Shown here piece by piece: positions 37,201-52,200 of a stretch of 64,000 bases of DNA (position 1 is its first letter; the number at the start of each line of letters is the position of its first letter). Made by a program: the position numbers and the translations under genes. The notes under the pieces were generated by a model. The model saw nothing but the letters and a program-made list of their open reading frames with translations. It was not told the origin of the DNA and made no database searches. This stretch comes from Chiloscyllium plagiosum (Eukaryota). Location: contig NC_057720.1 of the NCBI RefSeq assembly GCF_004010195.1, forward strand, positions 19,769,269 to 19,833,268. Reading direction: 5' to 3'.

Positions 37201-40200
37201 CCGATGAAATGGTTGAATATTTGAACCTATCTGTGCCATACAGTGCTATGAAATGCTCCAACTAGGGTTCATTAGGGCAGCAGCTTAATTCACGCAGCAC
37301 CTCTGTTCAATATTCACACTGCACTTGAGCATATGAGGATGAATGCCAAGTATTTAGATTGTGTATATATCTGAATTCTTACCATTATCACTATGGTTGC
37401 CAGCACAGTACTGGCTGCCATCATGGTGAAGCTGTCGATGAACCATGTGACCCAATGCACCCAATTACTGACTCCCATGATTTTCAGGGTTTCTTTCAGC
37501 CTGAGCTCCTTCTCGAGCACAATACTCTTCACAATCATGGAGACGGAGTAGATCCAGGAGAGCACCATGAACATTGGGAAGCAGCGGGTTAGTGCTAGCA
37601 TGAAGCTAGGGTGAGAATTAGCAGGCACATTGAGGCGATGGGAAGGACAGTGGACAGATGCAGCAAGAAAAATTGCAGGGAAAAGGCATATAATGAAAAA
37701 TATTAATCAAAGAAAATAATACTTAATATGTAATGGTAGCACCTAGATAATCTACATTGTTCATTTCCATCTTTTCTTTGCCCTGTTCTGTTGAAATCCT
37801 CATTCATCACTTCAAGAATTAGCTGCTCAGATGCTCTTTATCAGCTTTCACAGAGTTTGCTGAATTCAGAATCCATTATCCCTCACGAGAAAGGCTGTGA
37901 GAGCCAACTTTATAGATTTATTCCACCTTAGTTCATTTTACCTTCTTTTTATGGAACAACGGTATGCACCTTTACCATAAATTCAAATTAAATGGCTTGT
38001 GCATTTTTTTAAAAGACAACACTACACATTCTAAAACAGAAACAGAAAATGCTGGAAATACTAAGCAAGTCGAGAATATCTGTGGAGACAAAAACTGAGT
38101 TATTCAATTATAGAATCATAAAATCCTTATAGTGTAGATAGAGGCCATTCGGCCTAGTGAGTCTGCATCAATCCTCTGAAGAACATCCCACCCAGACTCA
38201 CCGCCCTACCTTATCCCTGGAACCCTGCATTCACCATGGCTAACCCACCTAGCCTGCACATCCCTGGACACTACAAGGCAATTTAACATGATCAATCCAC
38301 GTAGCCAGCATATCTTTGGACTTAATATTCCTAAAAAGGAATCCACCCTCTGCTTAAGAAACCAATGGAAAGCCTGTGCTGCTTCTGTGGGGGGATATCC
38401 CAATCAAGCATTGGGCATTCCCCAGGACTTTAGGAGTCTGGGGGAGGAAATCTCAGCCCTAGGAGCTGTCAGCCAATCCGAGCTGCACCTGGTGGCTGCT
38501 TCTTGAGCTACAGTGAGGCTTTCTCTGAAGATGATAGTGGGAGCGAGGAAAGTGGAGCAGGTTGGCGGGTATGGCAGAGGGTGATCAGATGGAAAGGCAA
38601 AAGGAAGGAGAGGGAGGTGTGGAGGGGTAGACAACTGAGATGTATTATAGAGGCCTACACACCAATATAGATTAGAGTGGTGCTGGAAAAGCACAGCAGG
38701 TCAGGCAGCATCTGAGGAGCAGGAAAATTGACGTTTCGGGCAAATGCCCTTCATCAGGAATGATAAAGAGCTTTTGCCCGAAATGTCAATTTTCCTGCTC
38801 ATCAGATGCTGCCTGACCTGCTGTGCTTTTCCAGCCCCACTCTAATGTAGACTCTGATTTCCAGCATCTGCAGTACCCACTTCTGCCTACACACCAATAT
38901 AGCTCACTCTGGAGGGGCTGCTTTAAATCCTCACCAATGTTACAGATCAACAACTCTTCAAGAAAATGTACAGGTTACAGACCTGAAGCGTTAACTCTGT
39001 TCTTCTCTTCACAAATGCTGCTAGATCTACTGAATATTTCCAGCATTTTTCCTTTTAATTTTAGACTTCCACTATCACAGTATTAATCTTTTAAGCTATA
39101 AGAACAAGATAGATTGTGCCCAAGCTGTGAAGTCGCAGTATGAAGGGTGGAGCATTGATTACTTAAAATAACTGTCATACAGAACATGTGCTATGGACCT
39201 ATAGCCTTTCACTCTACTTACAACAGACCGCCTCTATTTAGGGCAGTATATACAGGCTAATTGTTTGCTTTAAATCTTCCAGGGTGAGCTGCCTGGCAGA
39301 GACTCAGGCCAGAAAATGTCACCTGGATCCCCACAATGTGCTGTCACTGGGTGAGGGTTGTAGCAACAATCACTTTCAAAGTTTTGAAGTTATGACAATT
39401 GTCAAAAACAATGAGGAAAGCTTCGTTAAATGCACTAAATATGATGTTACTTACATGTCATCAACAAAGCAGGGATACGGCATCTGTTGGACATAAACCC
39501 CTGGTGGCACTTCAACGTTGGTGTGAGTCCTGATAATTCCGTGTTCAATCATGTCTTGTAAATAAGCAAAACCTCCCCAGATGTAGCGCATATCCTCTAC
39601 TGGGTCAGCTCGTGGACCTGGGTCCCAATACCTGAGGGATAAACATCGATTGGAACGACATGACATATGGATTAATTGTGGGGGGGTAGCCTGTAGTCCC
39701 AGCAATGGCCACAATATCAGGGTGGCACTGCTGAGACTATAGAGAAGTCAGTCATCTGATTGGCTAGCAACTCTCAGGGGTGGATTTTCTCCTGAGAAAG
39801 GATTGACAATCTCTTATTAATCCTTCTGTCAGTGTTGACCAGAGGGATGCAAATTATACTTGGATTGTGCTCGAGCTTCATTTTGAGGAATGCGGGATGA
39901 GACCGACCTGGACGCTTCAATACAAGTTTTACTGGCTTTTCCTGCTGAGAAGTTGCTGAGTGGCAGCTCTTATAACCGTGCGTGAACTTGCCCTCACCGC
40001 CTTCAACTCTCCACCCCAAACAATATGTCTAAGATGCTCCATAATGTCCAGGCCTATACCACTGGTTAATCACCAGAACTGTCAACATGCACTTGCCTTT
40101 ATAGAGGCTGTTCTAATGGAAAAGAAGTGACAGAGGCTGAGCTAATGTAAGCAAGGAGAGAGACAACTAATGAACTTTTGCTGGATAGGTAGATCATAAA

Positions 40201-43200
40201 ATATTCTTAAAGGGATACATGAATTTACCAAGAATCAAAAAGAGCTTTTCGAGGTGCCTAAAGATTCTGCCAAGAGTTGGCTAGGACAGAAAGGAAGGGC
40301 TACACAACCTGAAAATGTGGGAACATACAGGAGAAAGTGAGGACTGCACATGCTGGAGATCAGAGCCAAAAAGTGTGGCGCTGGAAAAACACAGCTGGTC
40401 AGGCAGCATTCGAGGAGCAGGGAATCGATGTTTCAGGCATAAGCCCTTCATCAGGAATGTGAAGGGCTTATGCCCGAAACATCGACTCTCCTGCTCCTCG
40501 GATGCTGCCTGACCAGCTGTGTTTTTCCAGCCCCACACTTTTCGACTGGGACCGTACAGGGATGGAGTTTTCAGAAGTAGAGTGAATGAAATTGTGAAGG
40601 GATTTATGGATGGATGCAAAAGGTGGGGTTTAACAAGGCTATCTGTGAGGAGCAAGATGGAAATGGAGGAAAAATGGAATGGCCAGTTAGGCCTCTTTAT
40701 GGGAAAGCTGGTGACATGATGGTAATGGCTCTGTAGGAGTCATCCGGACTTTCAGGCTAATCGATGGGGGACAGGGGTTCAAGTTCCACCACGGCAGCTA
40801 GTGGGAGTTAATCCGCATTAATAAATTCTGGAATTGAAAGCTAGTTTCAGTGAAGGTGGCCATTAAGCAATCATTGTTGTTATTAAAAACCCACCTCATT
40901 CACTCATGTCCTTTCGAGAAGGAAATCTGGTCTGGTCTACACGTGACTCCAGATCTATGGCAATGTGATTGGATGTTAACTGCCCTTTATGATGACCTAA
41001 CAAGGATGCTCTATTCCAGGACAGTGAGGGATGTGTAACAAATGTCAGTGTCCTTGTCAGTGCCACCAACATTACAACAAAAGGACAAGGAGTAAATAAA
41101 GTCTGTTCACAACACTTTGTCCTCCAAATTGAGGGGGTCAGGCTACTGCCCTCAGTATTTTGTACCATTCTGTACATCTGAACAAAAATATTACTATCAA
41201 ATCAGATGACCACAGGGATAACGCACCTTAGTCTATTCTTGCCTATTATTATTTCCTAATAAGTCAGTGGGCTGTAATCAGTGATGAAGGGCTTTTGCCC
41301 GAAACGTCGATTTTCCTGCTCCTCGGATGCTGCCTGACCTGCTGTGCTTTTCCAGCACCACTCTAATCTAAAAATTGTAATCGGTGTGGTGTTGATGTTG
41401 TTCGATTTTCTCTATCCACCTCTGAACATGTGGGGTGATTGCACCATTCAGCTGTTTCAGGTAACTTAGTACAGACTAGGCATCAAGCTTGAAGAACATG
41501 GTAATCTGTATGGCCCAAGTCTTCACTATGTAGTGCCTTTCCCTACGGAACCATCATAACAACTGTAATAGAGTCTCTTTGTCCAAGTGGCTGTTTTGAT
41601 TTAACCACAGTGGCCCTATAATAATAGCATAAATCATACTTTTGGCACTAATGCATTCTCATGCTAATGAAAAGATCAGATTATGCAGTCTAACTTTGTT
41701 TTCATATTACTGTTTATTTGAGCGAGCAAGGCATCCTGTACACTGTTCTCCATACAGTCGGCAGTGTGACTGGGGCTGGATGCTCCTGGAGTAGAGACTA
41801 TACTGGGGAGTGAGGTGTGAGCAAGTGGTATGTTTCATTCCAAGAGAAAATGGAACATTGTGGGCAATGAAAATAACATTAGCTCTTTAAAACAGTGGGT
41901 ATTCCACTCTACCTGATTACTACCCAGTTCATAGAGATAAAAGTATTTTATATTTAGCCATGTACAACACTGAAATAGGGTTGGGGGGGCGGGGGGAAGA
42001 AATAACAAAACATCATGAAACAAAGAGGAATGATAAAGAAAGAGCTGCACCAAACCTCAATGGACTCAGCATCCATGGGGATCATTCAAATGATTGTACT
42101 TTGATTCAGTGTATGAAACAGTCATCCATTGTATAAGAGTTACAATTCAAGGAGAGAATACGTCTGCTTCAGGAATTTTGTTTCAATGCCTCGAATTCTA
42201 ACAATAGCATTTCTTGGCTCTGCCAATGGACATGATATTTATTGTATTGTTCGGCCCATCACAAAATACCAGCACAGAAAAGGCTATGATTTCTTCTAAA
42301 AGAGTTAGGTACTTAAAAACATTGCACAGGATAGATCAGTGAGGCAGAACCAGAGAACCTTTAAATGTATTTTTGGTTCTCGCCTTTAGTTTAAGGTTCT
42401 GTTCTGTTACTCTCAATGTTTTCTGTTAAACAGAACCCAACATTGTTATGGGCAAAACATTCCAAATCTTTTCAAATCTATGGATTAGCTCCAACCAATC
42501 TTTGCAATCTTCTATTGGACCTTACATCCCATCACTCACTCATAGCCCTTCTGTCTCTAGTCATTTCCAACACACATTCCCTGTTCCCTGTTCCTGACTC
42601 CTGATTTCTGATAAAAGGTAACTGACGCGAAACATTCTCTGTCTTCAGAGGCTGCAAGGCTTGCTAAGTACTGTCAATATTCTCTGTATTTTAGATTGCC
42701 AACATCTACAACACTTTGCAGTTATGTAAAGTACAGAGGGAGGTGGGAAGGGGGTGATGCAAATCACACAATGGGCCCTGCCTATACCCTACACCTCTGC
42801 AGGAAATTTACAGGAGGCACTAAAATTAAATTGACCCTATGACATTGGAAATAACACTCATACTTTGCCTCTTCCTCAATCATTGGTCACATTCAAAAGT
42901 AATATGTTGTCCAAATCCAGGGGAGACTGGAAAAAAGCAAATTACGGTAGTCAGCCGGTCAGAGGGACAGGGCTTGCAGGTGGTGCAGTGCCTGCAGGTT
43001 ATCGTTTGGATATTCCTCTCTCTGTGGAATGAGATTTTCCCTATGGCGTTTTATGAACTTGCTGAGAATTTGCAGTTGTTAGTGCATTTCGCTGACAGGA
43101 ATTCTGTTCTCACACACCAATGAAACGAACCTGTCTTTTATTTTGTTTGTTCGTTCCACTGCATCAATGTCCATTCGGATTTTATATTTCACGTGCGTTG

Positions 43201-46200
43201 GAAGCTTGTTCGACCAGGGGTGTAAGTCCACAAACACAATCCCAGCCCAAAACTTGTTTTCCTCCAACAAGTAAAGTGCCCGGTGGGTGAGCTGCCCTTC
43301 GTCAGAAAGGCCTTCGAATTTATCCAGGTTTAAACACTGCAAATAACAAAAGAGGTTATGACCTTAAATGCACAGCCTAACAAATAACAGAGTGAGAAGA
43401 TAACAACTAATGGTGCCTCTAACTATTTGCTTAAAACGCAAACCAGTAATTAACCTGCTTTGACCCCGTCGATGTCTTTAAATTGTCACACTTTTTGTCT
43501 TTTCCATTTATGTTGTAATTTTAATGTAATAAAGACATTTCACAGGATTGTTCTAACATGTAGTATCCCACCTGGCAACCAAATACTTGCTTTAAAAGGT
43601 TTTAAGGAACAAATTAAGACATGAAAGCCAAGAGGTAAATAGCATTTGATCCTCCAAAACTCTGCATCCACCAATTCTCTTCCCCATCCATGTAGCTTTC
43701 ATTGATAGAATAAAAAACCCAATCTGGAAAACTACTTAAACCTGAATTTTGACTGTCTGACAAAGGGACACAGGTTCCAAACTGGAGGGTAAATAGAAGA
43801 TTGGCATCAGAAAATTCCTCTTGTAAAAAGTGATCAACAAACAGAGGTTCACTTTTGAACAGAGAACTGAAGTCTTTACTCTTGGAATTTTTTAAGGAAC
43901 TAATAGATTCCATGATAGCAACAAGTGCATTTGTTTCAGGTGTATGAACAAACGTGATCTGAATGCCCTTTCTCACCTATATCTACTTGGTGATCTTTGA
44001 AAAGGTCAATTGAATAGGAGTTGCTCCAGGTACATGTTTTTTTTTCAAAAGGTAAAGCCATAGAGGGATGATGAATAGTGTATTCCTATAGTGGAGAAAT
44101 GATTCAGATTAAATGGGCACATTTCACTTCATTGTCATGTGTTACAGAGTTAGGAGTTAGGTAACATCTTTGATTTTTTGTCTGAGTGTGCTATTAGGAG
44201 ACATTAACCCTCAATTACTTTACCTTAAAGTTTTGATAAGGCTTTTAATCCTACACTGTTGTCATAATGTCAAGACACATTATCTAGTGATTGGATGGTC
44301 ACTGAAGTAAATGTAGTTGCTAGGGAATGAAGTTAAGATTGTCTAAATACCCAGTGTAATTCTCAATTTTCAAACTGATACCAGTAAAATGTGTTGGCAC
44401 AAACAGATTAGTTTTATTAACGTTGAAGATAAGACTACAAGAAGCCGAGAGCACTGCAGTTATCTTGGAGTGAAGTGCAATAGAAACACAGCATTCCACT
44501 GAAGCTCCAGTTTCTCAACCAAAGAATGTTGATCCTCATGTGAAATGAGGAGACAAAGACCTCTTGAATGAGAATGAAACAAATGGACATCACAACAACA
44601 ACTACTTGCATTTATATTGGAACTTTGATATTCCAAATGCTTCATGATAGTGTAATCAGTAAGACATTGATATTGAGTCAAAAATAGGTGATATTGACAT
44701 GTAACTGCAGTTTTAGTCAAAGTGGTGCGCTTAAAGCAATATCTTAAAGGAGCGAGTCATGAGGCTAAAGGGTTTGGCACACGAATTCCAAAACATGACG
44801 CAGGGCACAGATGCCAATAGGGGAAGTGGGGTCAGAATTTGAGAAACGCAGTTCTCAGAGGATGGTAGGGTTGGAGGAGGTTACAGAGATATGGACCAAG
44901 GGGATTTTGAGCATGAGAATGTGAATTTTAAAATGAAGGCATTGGTGGATCTGCAGCTAATGTAGGCAGTGAGCAGGAATGATGGTAAATGGGACTGGGT
45001 GCCAGTTAGGATCTAGGCAGCTGAGTTTTGGATGGGCTTGCTAATGGAGGTCAAAGATATGACGGAAAGAAGGTCAGCTTCCACCTGGGAACACCATTAT
45101 TTCCTGACTTAGAAAATATTGCTGTTCCTTCAATGACTTTTGGTCAAAATCATGGAACTCCCTCCTTATCAGCCTGTGAGAGAATCCTTCACATGGACTG
45201 CAGTGATTCATCATCATTTTCTCAAGGGCTGTTACAGACAACAAATGTTGGCCTTTCCAGTTTTGCCTACAACGTCTGAATCAATGAATAGTATTTTTTA
45301 TGACGTCCATCTTGTCCTATGCTGAGATGACTTGTTTGTCAACATATAGTGTTCTCTTGCTTATACTTAGCGAACACATGCTGCAAAAACAACATAAAAT
45401 AGTTAACTTTTGCAACACAATCACATTCCAATTAAATTTGACTGTTTTCTTACCTCCATGTAATTATTGAATATGCTTAAGAGTTGATCTGTTATATTAA
45501 AAATATTTTGCCAGTTGAAGTTTGGAATCTCTTCTGCATGTTCAATAGATTGTCTATCGTATAGGAAGTTTAGAATGTCCTTAGCTGTCAAGTCTATGTC
45601 TTCCAGTTGTCTGTTTATGAAATATGATACTGTGGGGTTTTTTATTGAGTCCTGTTAGAAATAAAGAGTGGTAAATGGATCAAAAATAGATCATAGTCAT
45701 AGAGTCATACAGCATGGAAACAGACCCTTCAGTCCAACCAGTCCATGCCAAACATAATTCCAAATTAAACTAATTCCACCTATTTGGTCCTGGTCCATTT
45801 CCAGCTCATGTATTATATGTCTTTTAAACATTGTAATTGTACCCACATCTATCATTTCTTCAGGACGTTCATTCCACATGTGAACCACCATCTGTGTAAA
45901 ACGTTTGCCCCTCATATCCTTTTTAAATCTTTCTCCTCTCACCTTAAAAATATGTCTCCTAGTCTTGAAATTCCCCTTCCAAGGGAAAAGACACCTATTG
46001 TTAACCCTACTTAGGTTCTTTACTCAGAGAGTGGTAAGGGCATGGAATGCTCTGCCTGCCAATGTAGTTAACTCAGCCACATTAGGGAGATTTAAACAAA
46101 GCTTGGATAAGCATATGGATGATGATGGGATAGAGGAGGGGGACGAGCTGAGAATAGTTCACAGGTCAGCGCAACATCAAGGGCCGAAGGGCCTGTTCTG

Positions 46201-49200
46201 CGCTGTATTGTTCTATGTTCTGTGTTCTATGTTCTACCTCACGATTTTATAAACCTCTATAAGGTCACCTCTCAACTTCCTATGCCCCAGTGAAATAAGT
46301 CCCAGCCTATCCAACCTTTTGTTATAACTGAAACTATCCATACCTGACAACACCCTGGCGAATCTTTTCTGAATCCTCTCTAGCTTAATAATATTCTTCC
46401 TTTAACAGGGTGACCAGAACTGGACACAGGACTTCAGAAGAGGCCTCACCAATGTCCTGTACAACCTCAACATGACTTCCCAACTCCTGTGCTCAAGGGA
46501 TTGAGCAATACAGGCAAGCGTGCTAACACCTTTTTAACCACTCTGTCTATATGTGATACAAACGTCAAAGAATTATGTACCTGAACAACTAGGTCTCTCT
46601 GTTCTACAACACTACCTGAGGCCCTACTATTAATTGTATAAGTCCTGCCTTGTTTGTTGTACCAAAATGCAGTACCTTGCATTTATTCAGATTGAACTCC
46701 ATCTGCCATTTTTCATTGACCCATATGAACAAGATTCCTTAGTAACCTTAGAAAACCTTCTTCACTGTCTACTATGCCACAAATTTTGGTATTATCTGCA
46801 AACTTACTAATCATACTATCTATATTCTCATCCAAATCATTTATATAAATGACAAACAAAATAGGATCCAGAACTGATCCCTGTGGAACACTGCACATGA
46901 CTGGCCTCCAGTCCAAAAAGCAACCCTCCACCACCACTCTCTGTCTCCTGTTGTTAGGTCATTCCTAAAAAAAAATGTGTTGGAGAAGTTGAGCCTATGA
47001 AAACTCATATTGAACATACTCCATTTTAGATTTCCTTTAAACATTCCTGTGCTATGTATAGAATGATTATATGGAGTGCAAAGCTCTTTATCTTTTCTAT
47101 TCCAACAATGCACCAAAGCTGCAACATTAGAAAAGCACCCTTACAACAATGGTTCAACATTTCTCACCTCCCAGAATTGTTGGCACCTCAAACTGAGAGT
47201 AACAATTGATACCTTGTTAGGGGCAGCGTTGTGGTGTTGGCACATTCTCTCTTGGAGCTGGATTAAGGTTACCCTGCCTCCGTTCATGTAACTGTCTAAT
47301 AACAATCTAAATAAACCTCTTCAACATAAACTCACATTTGTGTGGGATTTCCATGAAGAAGGTATATTCATCTTTTATAAATAGTTAGGCATTGTAGAAT
47401 TTTTTAATATCGACAATTTATCCTTACAGTAGCCATCTATGATAGTCTCGCCTGTCACTATGAATGATCATGCTTGACATGGTAAGGACATGCAAAGTAC
47501 AGGCTGAGAACAAACAGGCCATATAAGACCAGGTAGAGTAAACAATGGAAGTAGGAAAATGTTAAACATCTTTAATCTGCTGTTATCTCTATCACAGACA
47601 ACTAATCATTAAAAACAAACAGGAGAACAGAAGCTAAAGAACTAAGAGGTGGATGGTTGGCAGCTAAGGTCACGCTTTGTCCTGGTGACCAATACTTACA
47701 CGTATTATGTTCATTTGTACACTGTTTTGGAAGAAATTCCACAGCTGAGGCTTCACCTCATCCCAAATCTTTCCAATCCTTTTAAGTCTGTGTAGCTCTT
47801 CAAATGTGACATTAGCCTGTGAAGAAAGTTCCATCAACTTTCATCAATGTATTTAACTACTTAATAGTCAAAGGTATGTAACATGTGTCTGAACAACTTC
47901 TGCTACTGCAAACGCCCAGGCTGATCATTCATCTGAACTGCTACTGCCTTGAGTCAGCAATAGTAAAACCTGTAAATGCGCTTCTGTGAAAAATTAAGTC
48001 AGTAACATAAATTGGCATGTACAATGAAGACCAGATGTAAAGTTCATTGTATGCCAGATTGGAAATCAGAGATTCTGGAGTGTGCATTCACTATTTGCCA
48101 GCTTCCCTTCATCTGAGCAAGGGCACCTTTTCAAAATTCTAACAAAACAGAATGGCACAAGGAATATATTTCCCGATTCAACAGACAAAATTACTTTTTA
48201 CATAGAGCATAGAAAACAGACAATAATATATTAATCTAACAAGCGTTTGTCAGCAGCACATCTAGCCATATAGTTCAGCCATTTCTTAAAAGTATACAAT
48301 TTAACACTTTCATATCTGGTCAAGTGCCTAACAATGGTAGTTGCAGATGACCTGCATCTCTGCTTTTGGTAGCAGTTTATTATTTTTATGAAGTGGAATA
48401 GTACACAACTTAAATTGTTACCATCTTACATGCTTATTTATCCGAAGTTTGCACCCCACATTATTAGGACAATGACAAACAATTTGCTATGATGACCTCA
48501 ATTTTACATGGTGTTAAAATTCACAATTAATTTTAAACATAATTGACATTCTATATTGATAAATTTTCCTATTAAGAGATGAGGATTTCACAAATGCATA
48601 GATATAATATTATTTAGATACTGTGTGGCAAAAACTGAAACTACCAAAATTAGCCATTTAAAACAAGTAAAAAATTATTTTTATGAGAAAAATGTTCTTA
48701 CATTTTTTATCAGCTGTTGGGTTGCAGGAGAATCTGGGGCAAACAGAATCTTTCCCATCAGTAATGGTTTCACCACATTCCACACTATCTTGGTTGCAGG
48801 GTTGGACTCCATGTTTTGATTTAGTGCATTACAGAATGGAGCTATAAAGAGCAAACATTACTGTTTGTATCATCACAATCTGATGTTAAATTCTAGTAAA
48901 CCAGATCATAATTACATAAAATCCGATATGTATGCATGCTTGACCTTCACTTCTCACTAGCAAAACTCTTCCCTCCACAGGTGGTGACATCTATTAGGTT
49001 AAAAGTTCGGCAAAGGCCACTCAGGCTTAGGAATCATGGCTACACAGACCTCTTCAACTGGCCTCAATAAGTTCTTAATGAACCATCTTAGTTATGCATA
49101 GGTGGTCCTGGCTAGAGGCAGGAAACCTGCACATCAGTCTGTTGGGCTATTTTAAAACTTTTACTTGACTTCATTTCTGTCCCAGGAAGTGCACAAGATC

Positions 49201-52200
49201 ATGTTGTGGATGGGAGTTTTTGATTGAAGGTTTTACATTCAGTTCCGGAAGATTGGTGGTCACACAGGTAGCCATTTTATTTGGTTCTGTCAGTTAGATG
49301 GGATGCCATTCCTTAACACAGCCTTCAAACCCAAGGCAGTCCAACGTGTCTAAACGCCCGAACCAACCTGACAGTGGATACTCGAATCCAACAAAATATG
49401 AACTTCAAATTCAAAGGGTACACATTTTAGTCCTTCAGAATCCAACATTCAACTTCTTATCGCTATCTAAAATTACTAGAGAAAATGTCATGTTTAATGA
49501 GTTAATACTTACTGGTTGTGTAATCATAAGCATATTTTGACTCTTTCTTTGTGTTGTTAATTCCAAGAAAAGCCTTGTAATTGTTATCTTCATACCAGTT
49601 GAAAGAGAAAACACGAGAGCCTCCATTTTCAGGATATCCGCAAATTAAATTTGACAACAGTTCCATCAACTGACTGAATGTGGCTGGTCCATCTTCAGTA
49701 AAGAATGGGTAAATCACTTGGAGCAATTCTTGAAAGCTGTCCTTTGTGATAAACTGAGTGGAGAACAATTTAACAAAAAAAAGTCATGAGAGGTGATCAC
49801 CTTCACACTTGTTTTGAATAAATATATAAATGCATCAATGAAAAGAATGCTGAAAACAAAAATAAAAATGGAAAGTCCTGAAAACATGAAGCTAATGTCA
49901 GAAAGAGAAAGAATATTTCAGGGAGACCTTTGATGAATAGCATAGAATGACATTGCTCTTCATTTCTGTTGTTAACATTCTATAGAGTTCAAACACACCA
50001 TTTACGATGCAATACTGACATTGTTAAAAATCACACAATACCAGATTATAGTCCAACAGGTTTATTTGGAAGCACTAGCTTTCGGATGAAAGAACAGCGC
50101 TCCAAAAGCTAGTGCTTCCAAATAAACCTGTTGAACTATAACCTGGTGTTGTGTGATTTTTTTTTAACTTTGTCCACCCCAGTCCAACACGGCATCTCCA
50201 AATCATGCTGACATTGCATTCAGTAAAATATTCAATAGAGCAGATAGAGGAAAATTATTTTGTCTGACGATGAAATTTTGAACAAAAATAATCCTGGAAT
50301 ATACGATAATTAAATTATTAAATTTCCAGGACATGATTCCGTGTAGCCTGACAGACAAATCATAGGTGTTAAGGTTTTGTTCCTATCCTTTTCAAACACA
50401 TTCAATTATGAATTAAGGTGGCATGTATGGCTTGCACTGCTGCCTCACAGCACCAGGGATCCAGGGTTCAATTCCACCTTTGGGCGACTGTCCATGTTGA
50501 GTTCTCCCTGTGCCTACATGGGTTTCCTCTGGGTGCTCCGGTTTCCTCCCACAGTGCAAGGATGTGCAGGGTAGGTGGATTGGCCGTGCAAAATTGTCCA
50601 TAGTGTCCTGGGATGTGCAAACTAGGTGGGTTAGCCATGGGAAATGTAGGGTACAGGATTGTGGGTCTGAATGAGATGCTCTTCAGAGGGTCAGTGTGGA
50701 ATTTTAGATTAGATTCCCGACAGTATCGAAAGAGGCCCTTCGTTTAACAAGTCCACACCGACCCTCCGAACAGTAACCCACCCAGACCCATTTCCCTCTG
50801 ACTAATGCACCTAACACTATGGGCAACTTAGCATGACCAATTGACGTGACCGGCACATCTTTTGGGAGGAAACTGGAGCACCGGGAGGAAACTCACGTAG
50901 ACACGGGGATAATGTGCAAATTCCACACAGACAGGCACCCGAGGCTGGAATCGAACCCGGGTTCCTGGCACTGTGAGGCAACAGTGCTAATCACTGAGCA
51001 CTTGATGCGCCAAATAGCCTGCTTCCACACTGTAGGGATTCTATCACTCTGATTCTAAAACAAAGTTTGAGATGGGAAGGCTCAAATTCATTTCATCATA
51101 TAAAGAGTTTAGATGTTTTCCAATTGGAGTAGGAAGATTCAGCAGGGTGAACAGATTAAGGAGCCAACATGGGAATGTGGTGTGAGGGGTTATGGTGCAG
51201 ATGAAGAAAGGAACTCAAACACATCTAATCAGCATTGGCAACCCTGATGTAATCTCTTAGATTAGCTTTGATTGCCGAAAGTAGTTTTACAAACAATGGG
51301 CTACTTGCATGGGACACATCACGTAACATATTGCTGTGAGAATTTTAGAGTAATATAAAGTCAGAGCACTAACATCTTTTTCAGTTAAATTCCATGCGGG
51401 TGTGAACCTGTCCCATATAACTCAGAATAACTTAACTCAAAAGTCATTGATGAGAGTGATTTAAGGTTATTAGTACTGATTCAGTGACAGTATTAGGATG
51501 CATGAGAAACTTTGTACAAGTGTCCTTAAACATGTGTGCAGAATGTATGTCGATTTCCTTACCTCCTCTAATATGGGTGATGCATCATTCATAATTCGCA
51601 CCCAAAAATGCAGATCTATTCCTTCCGAGTAGTGGTTCAGTACTCTTGGAAGCTGAAAAGAAGACAGCATGTTTATACACTTTTATCTTCATTTCAGGAG
51701 TTCTAAATTAAGTAGAATGCTGAAGTTGCAGCAACCTGGTTCAGTCTCACCCGACTTCTGTAAACTCATACAGTCCCATAACTAATCCTCATCCAATTTC
51801 CTTCCCTTACATCTTTCCATCCTTCAGAATCTGGCTTCTTGTGCATTTTATCCTCCCCTTACCCAATGGTTTTTTAGAAATTCACTCATGGGGGACATGG
51901 ACACTTATGGGGGACATGTATTTATTGCCTGCCCTTTGTTGCTCTTGAGCAGGTAGTGATGAACTGCCTTCTTGAACTGCTGTAATCTATTTTCTGTAGG
52001 TTCACTCATGAGGGAGCCCCCAGATTTAGGAAGGAGTTGCCAGATTTTAACCCACTGAAGAAAAATCGATATGTTTCCAAGCCTAGATGCTGCTTGGATT
52101 CCCAGGGAAAATGCAAGTGATAGAGTTTCCATATATCTGCTGCCTTTGTCCTTTGGATGGAATGGACATGCATTTGGAAGGTACTGTCTAAGGAGCCTGG

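Noticed and set aside
38671..38884. Interpretation of the hairpin elements as MITEs or pre-miRNAs
   Set aside because: TSD lengths vary (10-18 bp), the tail is one-sided and the arms equal PLE termini, which points to retrotransposition; no miRNA evidence is available from sequence
43614..43976. 120-aa minus-strand ORF as candidate exon 11
   Set aside because: No ABCA4 similarity; the true exon 11 is at 45454-45651; the region looks like a decayed repeat
47168..47320. GTGAG donor preceded by ...[11 protein letters not shown]
   Set aside because: No phase-compatible acceptor before an in-frame stop; not needed by the gene model
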